Assembly: GCF_964355755.1 (NCBI RefSeq)
Contig: NC_092672.1
Location: forward strand, 28,092,437 to 28,156,436
DNA length: 64,000 bases
Direction of reading: 5' to 3'
From: Antedon mediterranea
Lineage: Eukaryota > Animalia > Echinodermata
The position numbers and the translations under genes were made by a program. The notes under the pieces are model-generated. The model ran no database searches, was not told where the DNA came from, and saw only the letters and a list, made by a program, of their open reading frames with translations. Of this stretch, positions 1 to 12,600 are shown one piece after another. Positions within the stretch are counted from its first letter, which is position 1. Each line of letters begins with the position of its first letter.

Positions 1-990
1 TGGATTTAGAAATGTTAATTTTTAAACCAGACATCTTTTCAAATTTTGAAAGTGTACTCATGCATTCAGTAAGTGATTTGTGTGAGCCGTTCAGAAGAAA
101 TGCAGTGTCATCTGCGTATTGTAACATTTTAATTTCAGAGGTATCAATTGTTACTCCTTTAATATTAATATTTTGGCGTACCATCATGTTTAGAATTTCC
201 ACTCCCAGAATAAATAGGTATGGAGATAGCGGATCGCCCTGTCTGCAACCTCTTTCAATATTTAAAAAATTGCTGGGGTGTCCATTAACTAGAACGCATG
301 AAGAGATATTCGTGTAAAAAAGTCTACACCATTTCTTAAGAGTTGGTCCAAAATTAAAGAAGGTCAAACACTTAATAAATTTGAACGCCAGGGAATCAAA
401 GGCTTTCTCGAAATCTACCAGTAATACGAGACCAGGTAGGTTTTTTTCGTCATAGAGTGAGAGGATATCATATAAAATACGAACATTTTCTCCAATATAA
501 ATCCCGCTTGGTTTTCATTAATGATATTTGGAAGGACAGATTTTAGCCTCTCTGCTATGGCCGATGAAGCAATTTTGTAAGCAACATTTAATAAAGATAT
601 AGGACGCCAATTTTTTAATTCTTTTCTTGATTTATTCGCCTTTGGGATTAGAGTGATTGCTCCCTGTTTTTGAGTGACTGAAAGGTTACAAGTTTTAAAG
701 CCATATTTCAAAGAACGAAGAAGTAGAGCACCCAGTTTCCCCCAAAAAATCTTGAAAAATTCAGACGTAAAGCCGTCTGTTCCAGGTGATTTGTTGTTTT
801 TCATTTTATTGAGTGCATTTGTAAGCTCAGCTAAGGTCAATTCACTCTCAAGCTTTTGAGATTCTTCTTCTGAAACTTTTTCGAAGTTCTGGTTTGTTAT
901 TAATACGTTTAAATCTATTTGCTCTATATCTTTTTTTTATATAAAGAACTGTAAAAATGCTCAACTTCCTTTATTATAAGTTTATTGTCC
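1..990 (-). mobile_element. Degraded non-LTR retrotransposon (L1/Tx1-like) ORF2 reverse transcriptase fragment, antisense in an SLC17 intron; continues beyond window start
   Basis: Minus-strand translation shows RT motifs KSPGTDGFT, KNWRPISLLNVAYKI...NQAGFI (ORF 415-840), then after frameshifts DFEKAFDSL, RQGDPLSPYLFILGVEIL and QYADDT (~105-122). Confidence 0.9.
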
Positions 991-1463
991 AAATGGTAAG
1001 AGTTAAGCACTACTAAATAGTCAAAGTATGCACAGAAAAGCAACAATGGTTCTGCTGCTTCATTGCACATGCCCGATGTAACTTTTTCATCAGTTGTACT
1101 GTGATTTTGTATTTTAAACTTCCCATATCGGTGCAACGAAACGAAACAAGGCGACAGTTCGGATGAACCATCGCGCCGTGATTGGTCAAACTACTTGCAG
1201 TGCGGTTGGTCACGCACTAAATGGCACATAGTCTGTAGTTATTTGTATTTTACCGTAGTCGGATTTTCCCTGAGGATACGAGCTCAAGTAGTATGAAACG
1301 CCATATGTGCCAAAATATTTCTCTTTTTACTGATATTAAATAAACACTCAGTCTAGAACCAAGACTACAATACACAGTGTTCCGCCGAAACTCCTGTTAA
1401 TTATTTTGTAATTTGACAGGCCATGCGTATGCATATACCAATTTGTATAATTTTTTTTTACAG

Positions 1464-4400
1464 GAATGACCGTCGCAACAATTGTTTCAAGTCACTTTTC
1501 TGGTTGGCTTTGCACAGTAAATGAACTTGGTGGTTGGCCGACTTTATTTTACACTTACAGTATGCAATACTATTCCCATATTAAGGGACAATTGTTTGTA
1601 AACGATTCATTTAAGTGCAGTTTTCCTCTAGCATAATTAAACTAGAAAACACAGATTTTGAAAAACTTAGATACAACCTATCGAAGATCTGAATTTTCTA
1701 GATAATTGATTAAAGTTATATATAGTTATTTGTAATATTTATAATTTTAATTATAAATCAAAGTACAAATTATAGAAAAGAATTGCAAGGTCAGGCTTCA
1801 ACTGAATTGTTATTGCAAATTCGTTCTTTTTGTGGAGTCCTCATGTTCCATCGCCTAATGTCATAGATACAAATAAAAATAAGCAAAACACTAATTCGAA
1901 ACATTAACGATAAAGTAACACAGCCAGAAAGGAATAATTGTAGAACTTCCGGGTAAGACGCCGCCCAACTTCCTCTATGCCGGTGAGAGAAAATAGAATA
2001 TAAATCGTGAGTGAATTTGAATCGAGAAGAAAGTTATAGGCCTATAGACCTAAAATTATTATATAATGTTAACTATGTTAATTTTAACTATGATAATTAT
2101 AATTTTTTATTTAAAAAAAAAAAAACACACTATAATACTATATAATAATAATAATTAAATATTTTCCTTTATTGCAGGCGTGTTCGGGTTAGTAGGATTA
2201 GTAGTATGGACAACACTTGTTTATGAAACGCCAAATACTGACCCGTTTATTACAAAAAAGGAGTTAGAACATTTCGAATTATATAAAGAAAGCATGACTA
2301 CTAATGTTACGGTATGTCTGTATAATTGATGTTTTTTATAATGGAAAAGTTTTGAATCTTTATAATTGATAATGATCAGGTCATCCAGAAGATGAACCAC
2401 AATGACGTCACTGAAATTGCCCACTTGGGTATAGATTGTAAACTAAAAAAAAACCTATATCTTTTTGTACAAGTACCCAAGTAGAATCTGTATCTATCCT
2501 GGGCGGGAACCATCCGTCCGCTCAGCGCCGTTGTGTGTAAATGGTCAACATTATAATCTATATTTTTACTCGGGGTACAGGACACTATTGAGCCAACTTT
2601 CAAGTCATACTAGTTCTGACGGCTCTGAAACATGGCATGCATATACTAGGGTAATAGGTGAACAAAGCTATAGAGAGAAAATGTTCGTACTTCAATCGGA
2701 TGCAGAATTATGACGTCATAAACATGGTACCAATCGAAAAAAAGTGCGATTTATAAAGTACTACTCCTCCCTTATTCGTTGTAGTATTGAGCTAGGATTT
2801 CAAACCGGATGCAGCCATATGACGTCTCGAAGATGGTACCTTGGTGCCAAACGATTTGGTGTTTGGTGTCATTTCAAAGGTCTTGACTTGAAGAATAAGA
2901 ATATATACAGTAAAACCTATTAATGATATCGTGACGTCATTACATCTTTTGCTGTAGCCTACCCCAAGTATCGCATATTCGTGCTTGTTATTACCGTTAC
3001 CGCTCGTCTGTGTAAATTGGCCTTTAGTCTGTCTGTATAACACTTGAATATTTATTATAGTATTCCGTAGTTCCTTGGAAAGATTTATTTACGTCGTCTG
3101 CTGTTTGGGCCATTGTGATTGGATTTCTTGCCTTTGACACTACAATGTATTTCAGCATCACTGAAGTTCCAATATTTATCTCATCCATTCTAGGATTTGA
3201 CGCAAAAACTGTAAGTTATTATAAAATATTATTTCAGAAATATGTCATCCATATAAAAAAAAAACTTACAAACTGAAAAGAAAAACAAATTTCGCAAACT
3301 CTAAGCTTAAATATATAGAATATTTCTCCATCTACAATACATTTTCTTTCATATTATAATAATAATACCACATTTATATAGCGCCCTTTTCATGAGTAAT
3401 CCTGCTCAAAGGCGCTTTACAAGCATTATTACCCCAGTATTTTTTGGGATCAAACACGTATGGAAACATACTCCCATAATGCAGCCGGTAACCAGCGCAA
3501 AGTTGTGTCTAGATCTAACTGGGTACCCATTTATACACCTGGGTGGAGAGAGGCAACGTAAGTAAAGTATCTTGCCTACGGATACAAGCAATGCGGCGAG
3601 AGTTGGATTCGAACATAGGTCTGACGATCGGTAGTCCAACGTCCAACACACTGCACCATACTTGTTTGTTTTTTAATACAATTTAGAAAAGTAAATCCTA
3701 TTGTGTTTGTTAAGATGGTTGGTTTTACACTGGTGGCATTTATTGGATTAAATTAAGATTATAAAATTGATGATGATGCTATTTCTTTAAACTTTGATTT
3801 TATAATGGGGTAACAACAGAACATTTTTGCAAAAAAAACCCCGCAAGTTTATTTATCTTAATTCTACTATGCTGTCGAAAGTTCGGCAACATTATTCACG
3901 ACATCACCTTAAACACGTCGGTGTCAATCAATGACTTTAAAAAAAATCCGTAAAAGCAGCCTAAATATTATATAATTAGGCCCCCTATAATTATGTTTGT
4001 TTTATTATTAGACTGGCTTTCTAACAGCACTTCCAAGTATTACTAGGCTTCCAGTTGTTCTGCTTTCTGCTGCCTGTGCTGACTTTATCATTCGTCGTAA
4101 TATATTGAGCATTTTGAATACAAGAAAAATATTTGTTATCATCGGTATGTCTTTCCATAGTAAATAAGGCCATATACATGGCTGCAGTTGCGTGCTCAAG
4201 TTAGTGTTAACCAGCCAACCGACCGACATAGTGAGCTGTACTGTAGAGTTTGTATTTGTTGGTGGAATATCTTGTTGAAAGAAATGTCACACAGGCCTAC
4301 TACAACAGCCGTATACAAACATTGACATTTTCTTACTGCAATTCGTATGGTTAAATATTATTTTACATTCTAGACCGTATCAGGCAAAATCATCCGGTAA

Positions 4401-5430
4401 ACATACTCCAGTCCACCACAGGAGTAAAATTGGTGGTGGTCCAGAATTGAATGTACAGTAATGTAGTCCATGACCACACATCTGTGGTTTAAATGTGGTC
4501 CGTCTTGTAGTTTTGACGTCATCTTGCTAAAAGACAAACACGCACGCAAAATATCTTAAAAACATAACCTCCTAAAGGCGTCAGGTAATTAGCGGTTATA
4601 ATGGTAGACGTCTGTTCGCCATTTCCGATTTGTTAATGCGTTCGAAGTTAGTTAAACATTCAATTTTTTTTTTTTTTTTTAGATTTTGGTGTTGCTGCAG
4701 TTTGCTTTCTTCTTATTTCCCAATTTGGCGAGTCTTTGGTAGAATTTATGTTTTTAATGGCAATTGTCTTTTGTTCGCTTGGATTCAATCCACCTGGCTT
4801 GAATACCAACTTATTGGACGTATCTTCAAAATATGCTGGGATAATTATCGGACTGGCGACAACGGTTGCCTGTATTGGTGGATTCACAATTCCTTTTATT
4901 CTTGGAAACTTGATAGAAGGAAATGTAAGTAAAACATTGTTTAAATATTGCACATTTGTGACGATAATATTCTAGTTGCCTAATACCACAATTTTAAAGC
5001 GTATTTATGTTTCGCTATTCCAACTTTTTCTCTACGCATGCGTTTAAGCTGACACTTTTGATTCGCGCGAACAAATTCGCCTAGTGGAAAATATGCTTTA
5101 GTCATCACTCCATTCTAGACTAGTGCCTGTCAAGTTTCCTGTCGTGCCACGTGACATGATAATTGTGCATGAGATCACATAATAATGTTCTTTTATATAA
5201 TATAGATAAGGATTACTTCTAACCAGATGATCTGAAACTTGAGATATTATCTGTTTATTTCTTTTCAGAATACATTTAAACAATGGTCTTACATTTTTAT
5301 AATTAATGCAGCCATACTGCTATTTGGAATGGTGTTTTTTCTTATATTTGCCAAAGGAGAGGAGCAAGAATGGTCGAAAGAAGATACAATACAGAAATAT
5401 GAAACCACACACTTGATTCAATCAAAATAA
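1464..5430 (+). CDS. SLC17 (sialin/VGLUT-like) MFS anion transporter, 3' six exons; 5' exons lie upstream of the window
   Basis: Phase-consistent GT-AG exons 1464-1559, 2178-2311, 3061-3210, 4012-4144, 4683-4924, 5269-5430 (TAA). Peptides GGWPTLFY, VYETP, VPWKDLFTSSAVWAI, NTRKIF, NLLDVSSKYAGIIIG, FLIFAKGEEQEWS are typical of SLC17. Confidence 0.85.
3354..3660 (-). mobile_element. tRNA-derived SINE, full length (family copies at 21101-21409 and 63826-64000)
   Basis: Minus strand: A-box TGGTGCAGTGTG, B-box GTTCGAATCC, central CTCTCCACCCAGGTGTATAAATGGGTACC, L2-like tail GTAAAGCGCC...GGCGCTATATAAAT(TAT)n. Three similar copies in the window. Confidence 0.85.
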
Positions 5431-5959
5431 TGATAAAATTTTTAAAAAAATTATCGAACATTATTTGTCTATAGATTAATGTAACTGTAAACTTTGGAGT
5501 TCTCCGGAACAATAATACACAAAGTTTAATAATATTCTAAAATACCAAACATTTACGGAACTTTTCGTGGTCTTATTTTGATGAAATGAATATATTGTAT
5601 TTGCTAATTTATCGAAACATACAAGTTACTGCAGTGACTGCAGTATGATGTGGTTCCTAACAATATTAAAAGTTGATTTGTAACTTCCGAGAGGGCCACG
5701 GCAAGCAATATAATTACTGTATTGCTACGTCAAGATATTACTTCTTCGATTGACAGCAGTGCTTTCCATTTGTAAGCTGTTACCCTGGTGTACTAGTGCA
5801 TCTCAATCACCCCTACCGCGCTCCACAATAGTAAACGCTGGATGAATATTATCATTACAAACAAACAAGACAGTTTTGTTCCTTTATTTATTGTTTTAAA
5901 CTGAAAGTACACTACTTCTGTCAATACTTTCATTGTTTTTCTTCCTTATACTTCAGTAC

Positions 5960-6110
5960 ATTTCTCCCAGACGGCCATGATCTGAGACGTTCCTCTACTT
6001 TTGTGTATATATAGTAGTGTGTACGTAGTTCTTTATTGTGCATATGTGCAATGTATGAATACACGTTCAACAGCTCTTACATTCCATCCGAAGGACGAGG
6101 CAATAATGAG
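5960..6110 (-). mobile_element. Degenerate Deu/Nin-domain SINE fragment in the GTF2H2 3' UTR
   Basis: Minus strand CTTCGGATGGAATGTAAGAGC...GCACAT...TAAAGAAC...AAAAGTAGAGG resembles the central domain of the SINE at 10407-10719. Confidence 0.4.
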
Positions 6111-6145
6111 AGCCATATATGATATCTTAAAGCAGATTGATTGAT

Positions 6146-6620
6146 TGTCAACTACTGTTTTACTATCTACTACTCATACAGAACTCGTTCTGTCAACTAG
6201 GTATCCCTTGGTTAGTCATACAGAATTGGTTCTGTTAACTAGTGTATGTATCCCTTGGTTACTCATATAGGATTAATTCTGTCAACTACTTTTGTAGGTA
6301 TACCTAGGCAACTCATACAGTATCTATGGAAAAAAACTGGTTGTCAATTTGGTATCATTTGGCTACTCACTCACACAGAACTGGTTCTGTCAACTTCTTA
6401 TCACTTGGCTACTCATACAGAACTGGTTCTGTCAACTACATATCTCTTGGCTATACACATACATTCTGTAGATTAGATTTTTACCGGTGGGAAATGCAAA
6501 AAACAAATTACAGTTAGCACCAAGCATGGAACTAGTTTAATCAACTAGTGATTCCTTGGCTACTCATACAGAACTGGTTCTGTAAACTACTTTAGTTATC
6601 TCTTAGCAAATCATACAGTA
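6146..6620. repeat. ~43-bp degenerate minisatellite in the GTF2H2 3' UTR
   Basis: Recurring unit ACTCATACAGAA(C/T)TGGTTCTGTCAACTAC...CCCTTGGCT. Confidence 0.8.
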
Positions 6621-6627
6621 CAGTATC

Positions 6628-9600
6628 TCAGCTAGTTCTAACTTGCTTAGGTCTTGTACTAGCACATCCTGGACATGAATGTAATGCTTCTTGTATAAAC
6701 ATCTCACACTCAAGACAGAAAACTTTATCACATCTTGGACATAAGTACACTACTTGACCTGATAACTTTCCCTGACATGCTTCACAATATCTAGAAATAT
6801 GAAAAATGTTATAAAAATAACAGTAATGTAGACATCCAGTATTTGGAGTTGTCAGTCTAGTACTACTCATACAGAATTGGTTCTGTCAACTGCTACAGGA
6901 ACCCCTTGGCTGCTCTTACAAAATTGGTTCTGTCAACTACTTTTGTAGGTATCCCTTGGCTATAGTCATACAGAATTGGTTCTGTCAACTACTGTAGGAA
7001 CCCCTTGACTAGTCATATCAAATTGGTTCTGTCAACTTCTGTAGGAACCCCTTGGCTAGTTATACAGAATTAGTTGTCAACTACTGTAGGAATCCCTTAA
7101 CTAGCCATACCGAATTGGTTCTGTCAACTACTTTTGCAGGTATATGTTGGAAAAAAAAACACTTACGAACTGTAAGACTCATCTAGACTTGTAGTTGATA
7201 TTTCTGTAAACTCATCCAAAGGAAATAAATGGTGAAATGATCTTGCTAAGTGAGGTGCCGACACTAAAGTCAAACCTGAAATAAAACCAAATTTAAACAT
7301 CTCTGATTCTGCTGCAAGGACATACTGTAACTGAATAATAGTTGAGTGAGTTATCTAATTTTCATTTCAAATCGAAGGTTCTGCTGTCAAGAAATACCTG
7401 TTTCACCAGTAGGGTGATAGGGTTTCTCACCAGAAAATTGTCGGGGAGAATTTACCATTTGTTAGGTAAAAACAAAAATATTAATAATATTATTGTAAAA
7501 ACTACAAAATACATTTCATAAGCATATCGTCTGTTAGTGTCACTTTGTGACATTACTGACAGCATGCACTGTAAGCTGATGGTAGAGTTTAGATGACATT
7601 TCCCACTGTTACGAAGATCATGGTATCTTTAGAAATGACTAAAACATAAATGTATGTCTAATTTTGTATTTGCTTAAAGATATATTGTCCCCAAAAACAT
7701 TACAAAATAAAGATTAATAAAAAAAGACTTTGAATATAGGCCAATTCACAATTTGAATAAAGTCAATTACTTCCGTAGAAATAAAATATGTTTTCAATTC
7801 AACTAAAAACCCATTGACTTCCAGTCAATTTTACTATTTTTTTGTTTAAATTACATTTTTTTCAGGTAAATAATTTAGTTTTCGGTCTAAAATTTGGTCA
7901 AAGTGAATAACTATTATGTGACATTAAAATGGCATATTCAACATTCAAGACATTAAAAAAAAAAATTTTTTTAGAGGGACAATAATATATACTATTCTAA
8001 TATGTACTCACCACAGCACTTGCATTCAATTGGAAGTTCGCAATATTTGCTATGACATTGTGGACAGAAATATCCCCCTAAACCAAACCCTTCTGAAGTT
8101 TTTGAATCAAGATGACTAAAAAATAAAAAGACATAAAATCACTAATTAAATAACAACACTTTATTTTAAGTGAAAAATAATATAACAGCAAGGAACACTC
8201 AATGATCCCACAAACTTTTAGTGGCGGATCCAGGAATTAGAAATAGGATGGTATTTGGATCTGCGCTTGACGTTAGAGTTAAAGTCAATAAAGTTATCAA
8301 AATGTCAACAATAAACAACTTACCAAACACAAATAGCAGGTTTATCTGTGTGAATTTGATGTTTCGGAAATCCTAAAACAATTATAAAATACAGTACATA
8401 AATGAACTATATTGTTTTTAAAAAGAGTAAATCACAATTAAAACTACTATTAGCATATAAAAGAAAGAATAGACTTGAGATTTTATATAACAAGACCTTG
8501 GGTCAACAAATACAAAACACATAAAATATTAAATAGCTACTCACCCATCTTGATTAATGATGATTCCGAATTAACCTAAGAGTAAAATGATTTTTGATAA
8601 TATAATAACTAAATTAATATGAAATGGACTGTTTTTTTGTTGTTTAACCTACTCCTAAATAAAATATTGCATGGGAAAAATAAATAAATAAACAAAAGCA
8701 TTACCGTGGCTGGTGGAGGTAAAGTATGTTCCATTAATAGTTCTTTGTAATGAGTTTCATCAAGTATAACTCCATAGGTTCCTGAAAATAAATCAATAGT
8801 TACAATGTCATCAGGGTTAACTCCTCAGATTACTGATATTTACTGTACTTTTGTCACTAATAATAATCATTATTAATCTGGATTAACCTAATAATTTTCA
8901 GTATCCCCTGAATCTGTATAGTACTATAATTGAAAACAATAAAAAAAAAACAAAAAAAAGTAAAAGAAAAAAAACCTAAACAAGTTTTTAAAACAATTTA
9001 TTTTAAAGTAAACAAAAAACAAATTTGAAAAAAAGTAAGAAAAAACAACCTAAAACAAATAAAATTAAATTGTAACAAAATCTTACCATTTGTTACATTA
9101 CAGAGTTTTTTACATATTCTCACTTCAGCTGCGAGACCAATAACTGAACATCTTATATTATTTGACTTCATTGTCTGAAAAGGAATTAAATCATAACACA
9201 CATTACATTAAGGGTCTGTTCAGACATACAACTACATACAAGTTATGGTTTTGTATTGTATTGTGTACAGTGTGTTTCAGTATGTAAAACTTACATCGAT
9301 TGTCTGATGTATGTTATCAGGGTCACATGTGGTTAAACTGCCCATAATGATGAGGACCTCTCTGCTGGCATGGCCTGGCATGTGTCTGTTGAAAACAAAG
9401 TTTATCAAAGGCATATTAAAAAGATATACTCCTACAGTACAGTAGGTCACATGTGGTTAAACTGCCCATAATGATGAGGACCTCTCTGCTGGCATGGCCT
9501 GGCATGTGTCTGTTGAAAACAAAGTTTATCAAAGGCATATTAAAAAGATATACTCCTACAGTACAGTAGGTCACATGTGGTTAACTGCCCATAATGATGA

Positions 9601-12600
9601 GGACCTCTCTGCTGGCATGGCCTGGCATGTGTCTGTTGAAAACAAAGTTTATCAAAGGCATATTAAAAAGATATACTCCTACAGTACAGTAGGTCACATG
9701 TGGTTAAACTGCCCATAATGATGAGGACCTCTCTGCTGGCATGGCCTGGCATGTGTCTGTTGAAAACAAAGTTTATCAAAGGCATATTAAAAAGATATAC
9801 TCCTACAGTACAGTATGTCACAGGTGGTTAAACTGCCCATAATGATGAGGACCTCTCTGCTGGCATGGCCTGGCATGTGTCTGTTGAAAACAAAGTTTAT
9901 CAAAGGCATATTAAAAAGATATACTCCTACAGTACAGTAGGTCACAGGTGGTTAAACTGCCCATAATGATGAGGACCTCTCTGCTGGCATGGCCTGGCAT
10001 GTGTCTGTTGAAAACAAAGTTTATCAAAGGCATATTAAAAAGGTTTACTCCTACAGTACAGTAGGTTTACCAGAAAAGAACTAAAGCTTCAAACTTAACT
10101 ACAAGATTTTCGTTTGAGGTGAAGGTGAAAGTATCATTCTGCAACCGCAACTGCGTTAAATTATTGTGGCTAAGCATTAAGGTATGCAAACCATAGCCAT
10201 AAAACCAGCCCAGGTCCAAGGCTCTCTTTGGCCACAGTTTTTCTCAGATATGGATTTAAAACTTGATTGGTCTTGAGTAAATACATTCTGGTTTTGCCTT
10301 TAAGGACACAATCTTCTGTAAGAGTAGGGGTTACCTCAGTGTACTGATTTATCTTGGCCCCTGCCAGTCAGAGAGTGCCGTTTGGAGGCAGCTCAACGCA
10401 AAGAGATTGATTGAAATATATATTTATACTGGGTAACCTCTTCAGTCAATGACTGGTCTCCCAGAGGGCCCAGTTGGTGATCAGTGGCTGTGATGTACTA
10501 ATACACGGGGTAACCCCCTACTCGTCTCGAAAGATGTACTAGGTTCTTTAAAGTGCACACGAGCTAGATGTGTACACTGGACCTACGGTTTATAGTCCTT
10601 ATCCGAGAAGACTCGTTCTACCACCAGAACCATGGAGTGAGTTAGCCTCGAACCCCTGCCGTTGTTATGGCTAGGTAATTACGGTTCCACTGTCTTAACC
10701 GCTCGGCCACTCACTCACCAAGAGAGATCTTGGAGTTGCATGTGATAGTAGTCAAATTCCAGTTTTAAAATTTATAAATACAAATCCCCTTGGTAAAGCA
10801 CTATATACTGTACACTATTTAGGTAAGTCTGACAATGCTTCTCTTATATTTCTTACCTGAGAGAGGTTAATGCCAATTCTAAAGAGTTCTGTAAAGAGGG
10901 TTCCTTAAGGCACACCTTGTCTTTGCACTTCTTAAGTGTGTTTATATGTCTTCTAGGATTGCCGCCAAGATCTGTCAGTTTCTCAGCTCTCATGTTACTA
11001 GTTGTTATAATTCCAAGCTATTTTAAAAAAGAAATTTAATTATGAATTTTAAAATACAGACCTCCTTTTGTCATCTCTCACTGTCTCACTAAAATATAAT
11101 TTTTCCCGATATTTTGGATAAACATAAAAAAATATCTTGATAATGTCAATAGTCTCCCGATATTGTGTGTCAATACCCGCTAAAATACAATATTCTCAAC
11201 ATTTTTCATCTTTGGTGGTACGCCATACTCATGTTTACTATTATATATGCCAATATCTTTCTATTTTTTAATAGCGCCCTAATTAGTTTGAGATAATTTT
11301 CAAAATATTATAGCACCCTCTATAGTTTTGACATGCTTTAAAAAATATACCTGATATTTAATTTTTAAAAGTTGGCAGGTCTCAAAATAGAAAATTTGCT
11401 TATCAGACTTAAATTACTTGATTACTACAGTACTTAACAGTTAAATTACTGTGGCTGTCGTTGGATCTGTAGAAGCATAGTCAAAATTTCCTCAATTTAG
11501 GAATAAACAAACAATAGTCATTTTAGGCAACTGGTTAAGTACATACCTGACTGATTGGATTCTGGTCATAGTATTCTTCAATGAAACTCTCTATAAGCTG
11601 AAAGTAAATTAATAATTACTAATTATTTTCAGACCTCTCGAACCGTATTAAGATAGAATAAATAATTATAAATGTGTATATGTATACAGTATGTTTAATA
11701 ATTATATTAAATATGTTTGTAATAAGACATTGGAAATACTGTTCACTGTTCACTAGAACCACTATTAAGTGGACACCTTCAGGACCAAACATTTTCCCAT
11801 TTATTTTCCAACCTCAAACTCACTGATATAAACTAATAATAATAATAATAATAATAATAACAACTTTATTTAAAAATGGATGCAACACTTGAATCACCAT
11901 ATTGGTGCTTTTCACAAGGCCGTTACTTACTACAAAACTATTTATACCATTACACAAGTTATCATTTACAGTACAAAAAAAAAACCAAAAAGATTTCATG
12001 AAAAAATATAGAGTTTCAAGTATATTTTATCTTTGGTCATTTATCATTTTTTTAAATATATGTATATTAGGAGCTGTAATTGCATTTGAGTTTATAGCAT
12101 TTAAACTATTCCATAGCTTTGCGCCAGAATACGAGAAACTTTTCTTTTTATACTCAGTGTTTGCCTTATGTAAACTTAGAATATCTTTTGATCTAGTATT
12201 ATATGTTTGTTTGCGTTCATAGAATCTGTTTCTTAAGTAGGATGGTGTCAAGTTATTCATTAAATTTATACATTGTGACTGCTTCGTTGTAATATTGTTT
12301 TTCTTCTAAATTAGGCCAATTTAAATCTTTGAGCGCCTGTGAGCTAGAGTCATACCTAGATGTATGTGTAATTATTTTAGCCGCTCTATTTTGGAGTACT
12401 TGGAGTTTATATTTGAGGGTTTGGTTACAACGACCCCATACTACATTGCAGTAGTCAAATTGGTGGGCTATGATAGATTTGTACATTAATGATTGAATAT
12501 TTTGCAACAAGGCAAATTTGTATTCTCAGCCCTGCATTCCACTTCTCCAAATCATTTAAGCAATATGTTAATTTCCAATTTTTCTATTCACAATTACCCA

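Noticed and set aside
12-317. 101-aa + strand ORF
   Set aside because: Antisense shadow of the LINE RT on the minus strand.
1222-1312. Hammerhead-like CTGAGGA...GAAA flanked by TGGCACATA/TATGTGCCA (similar weak motifs at ~27169 and ~32310)
   Set aside because: No proper NUH cleavage triplet or adjacent stem I; at best decayed relics.
9321-10063. CRISPR-like appearance of regular repeats (also 22407-22747, 52658-52970)
   Set aside because: Units are contiguous with no unique spacers, there are no cas genes, and the context is eukaryotic introns.
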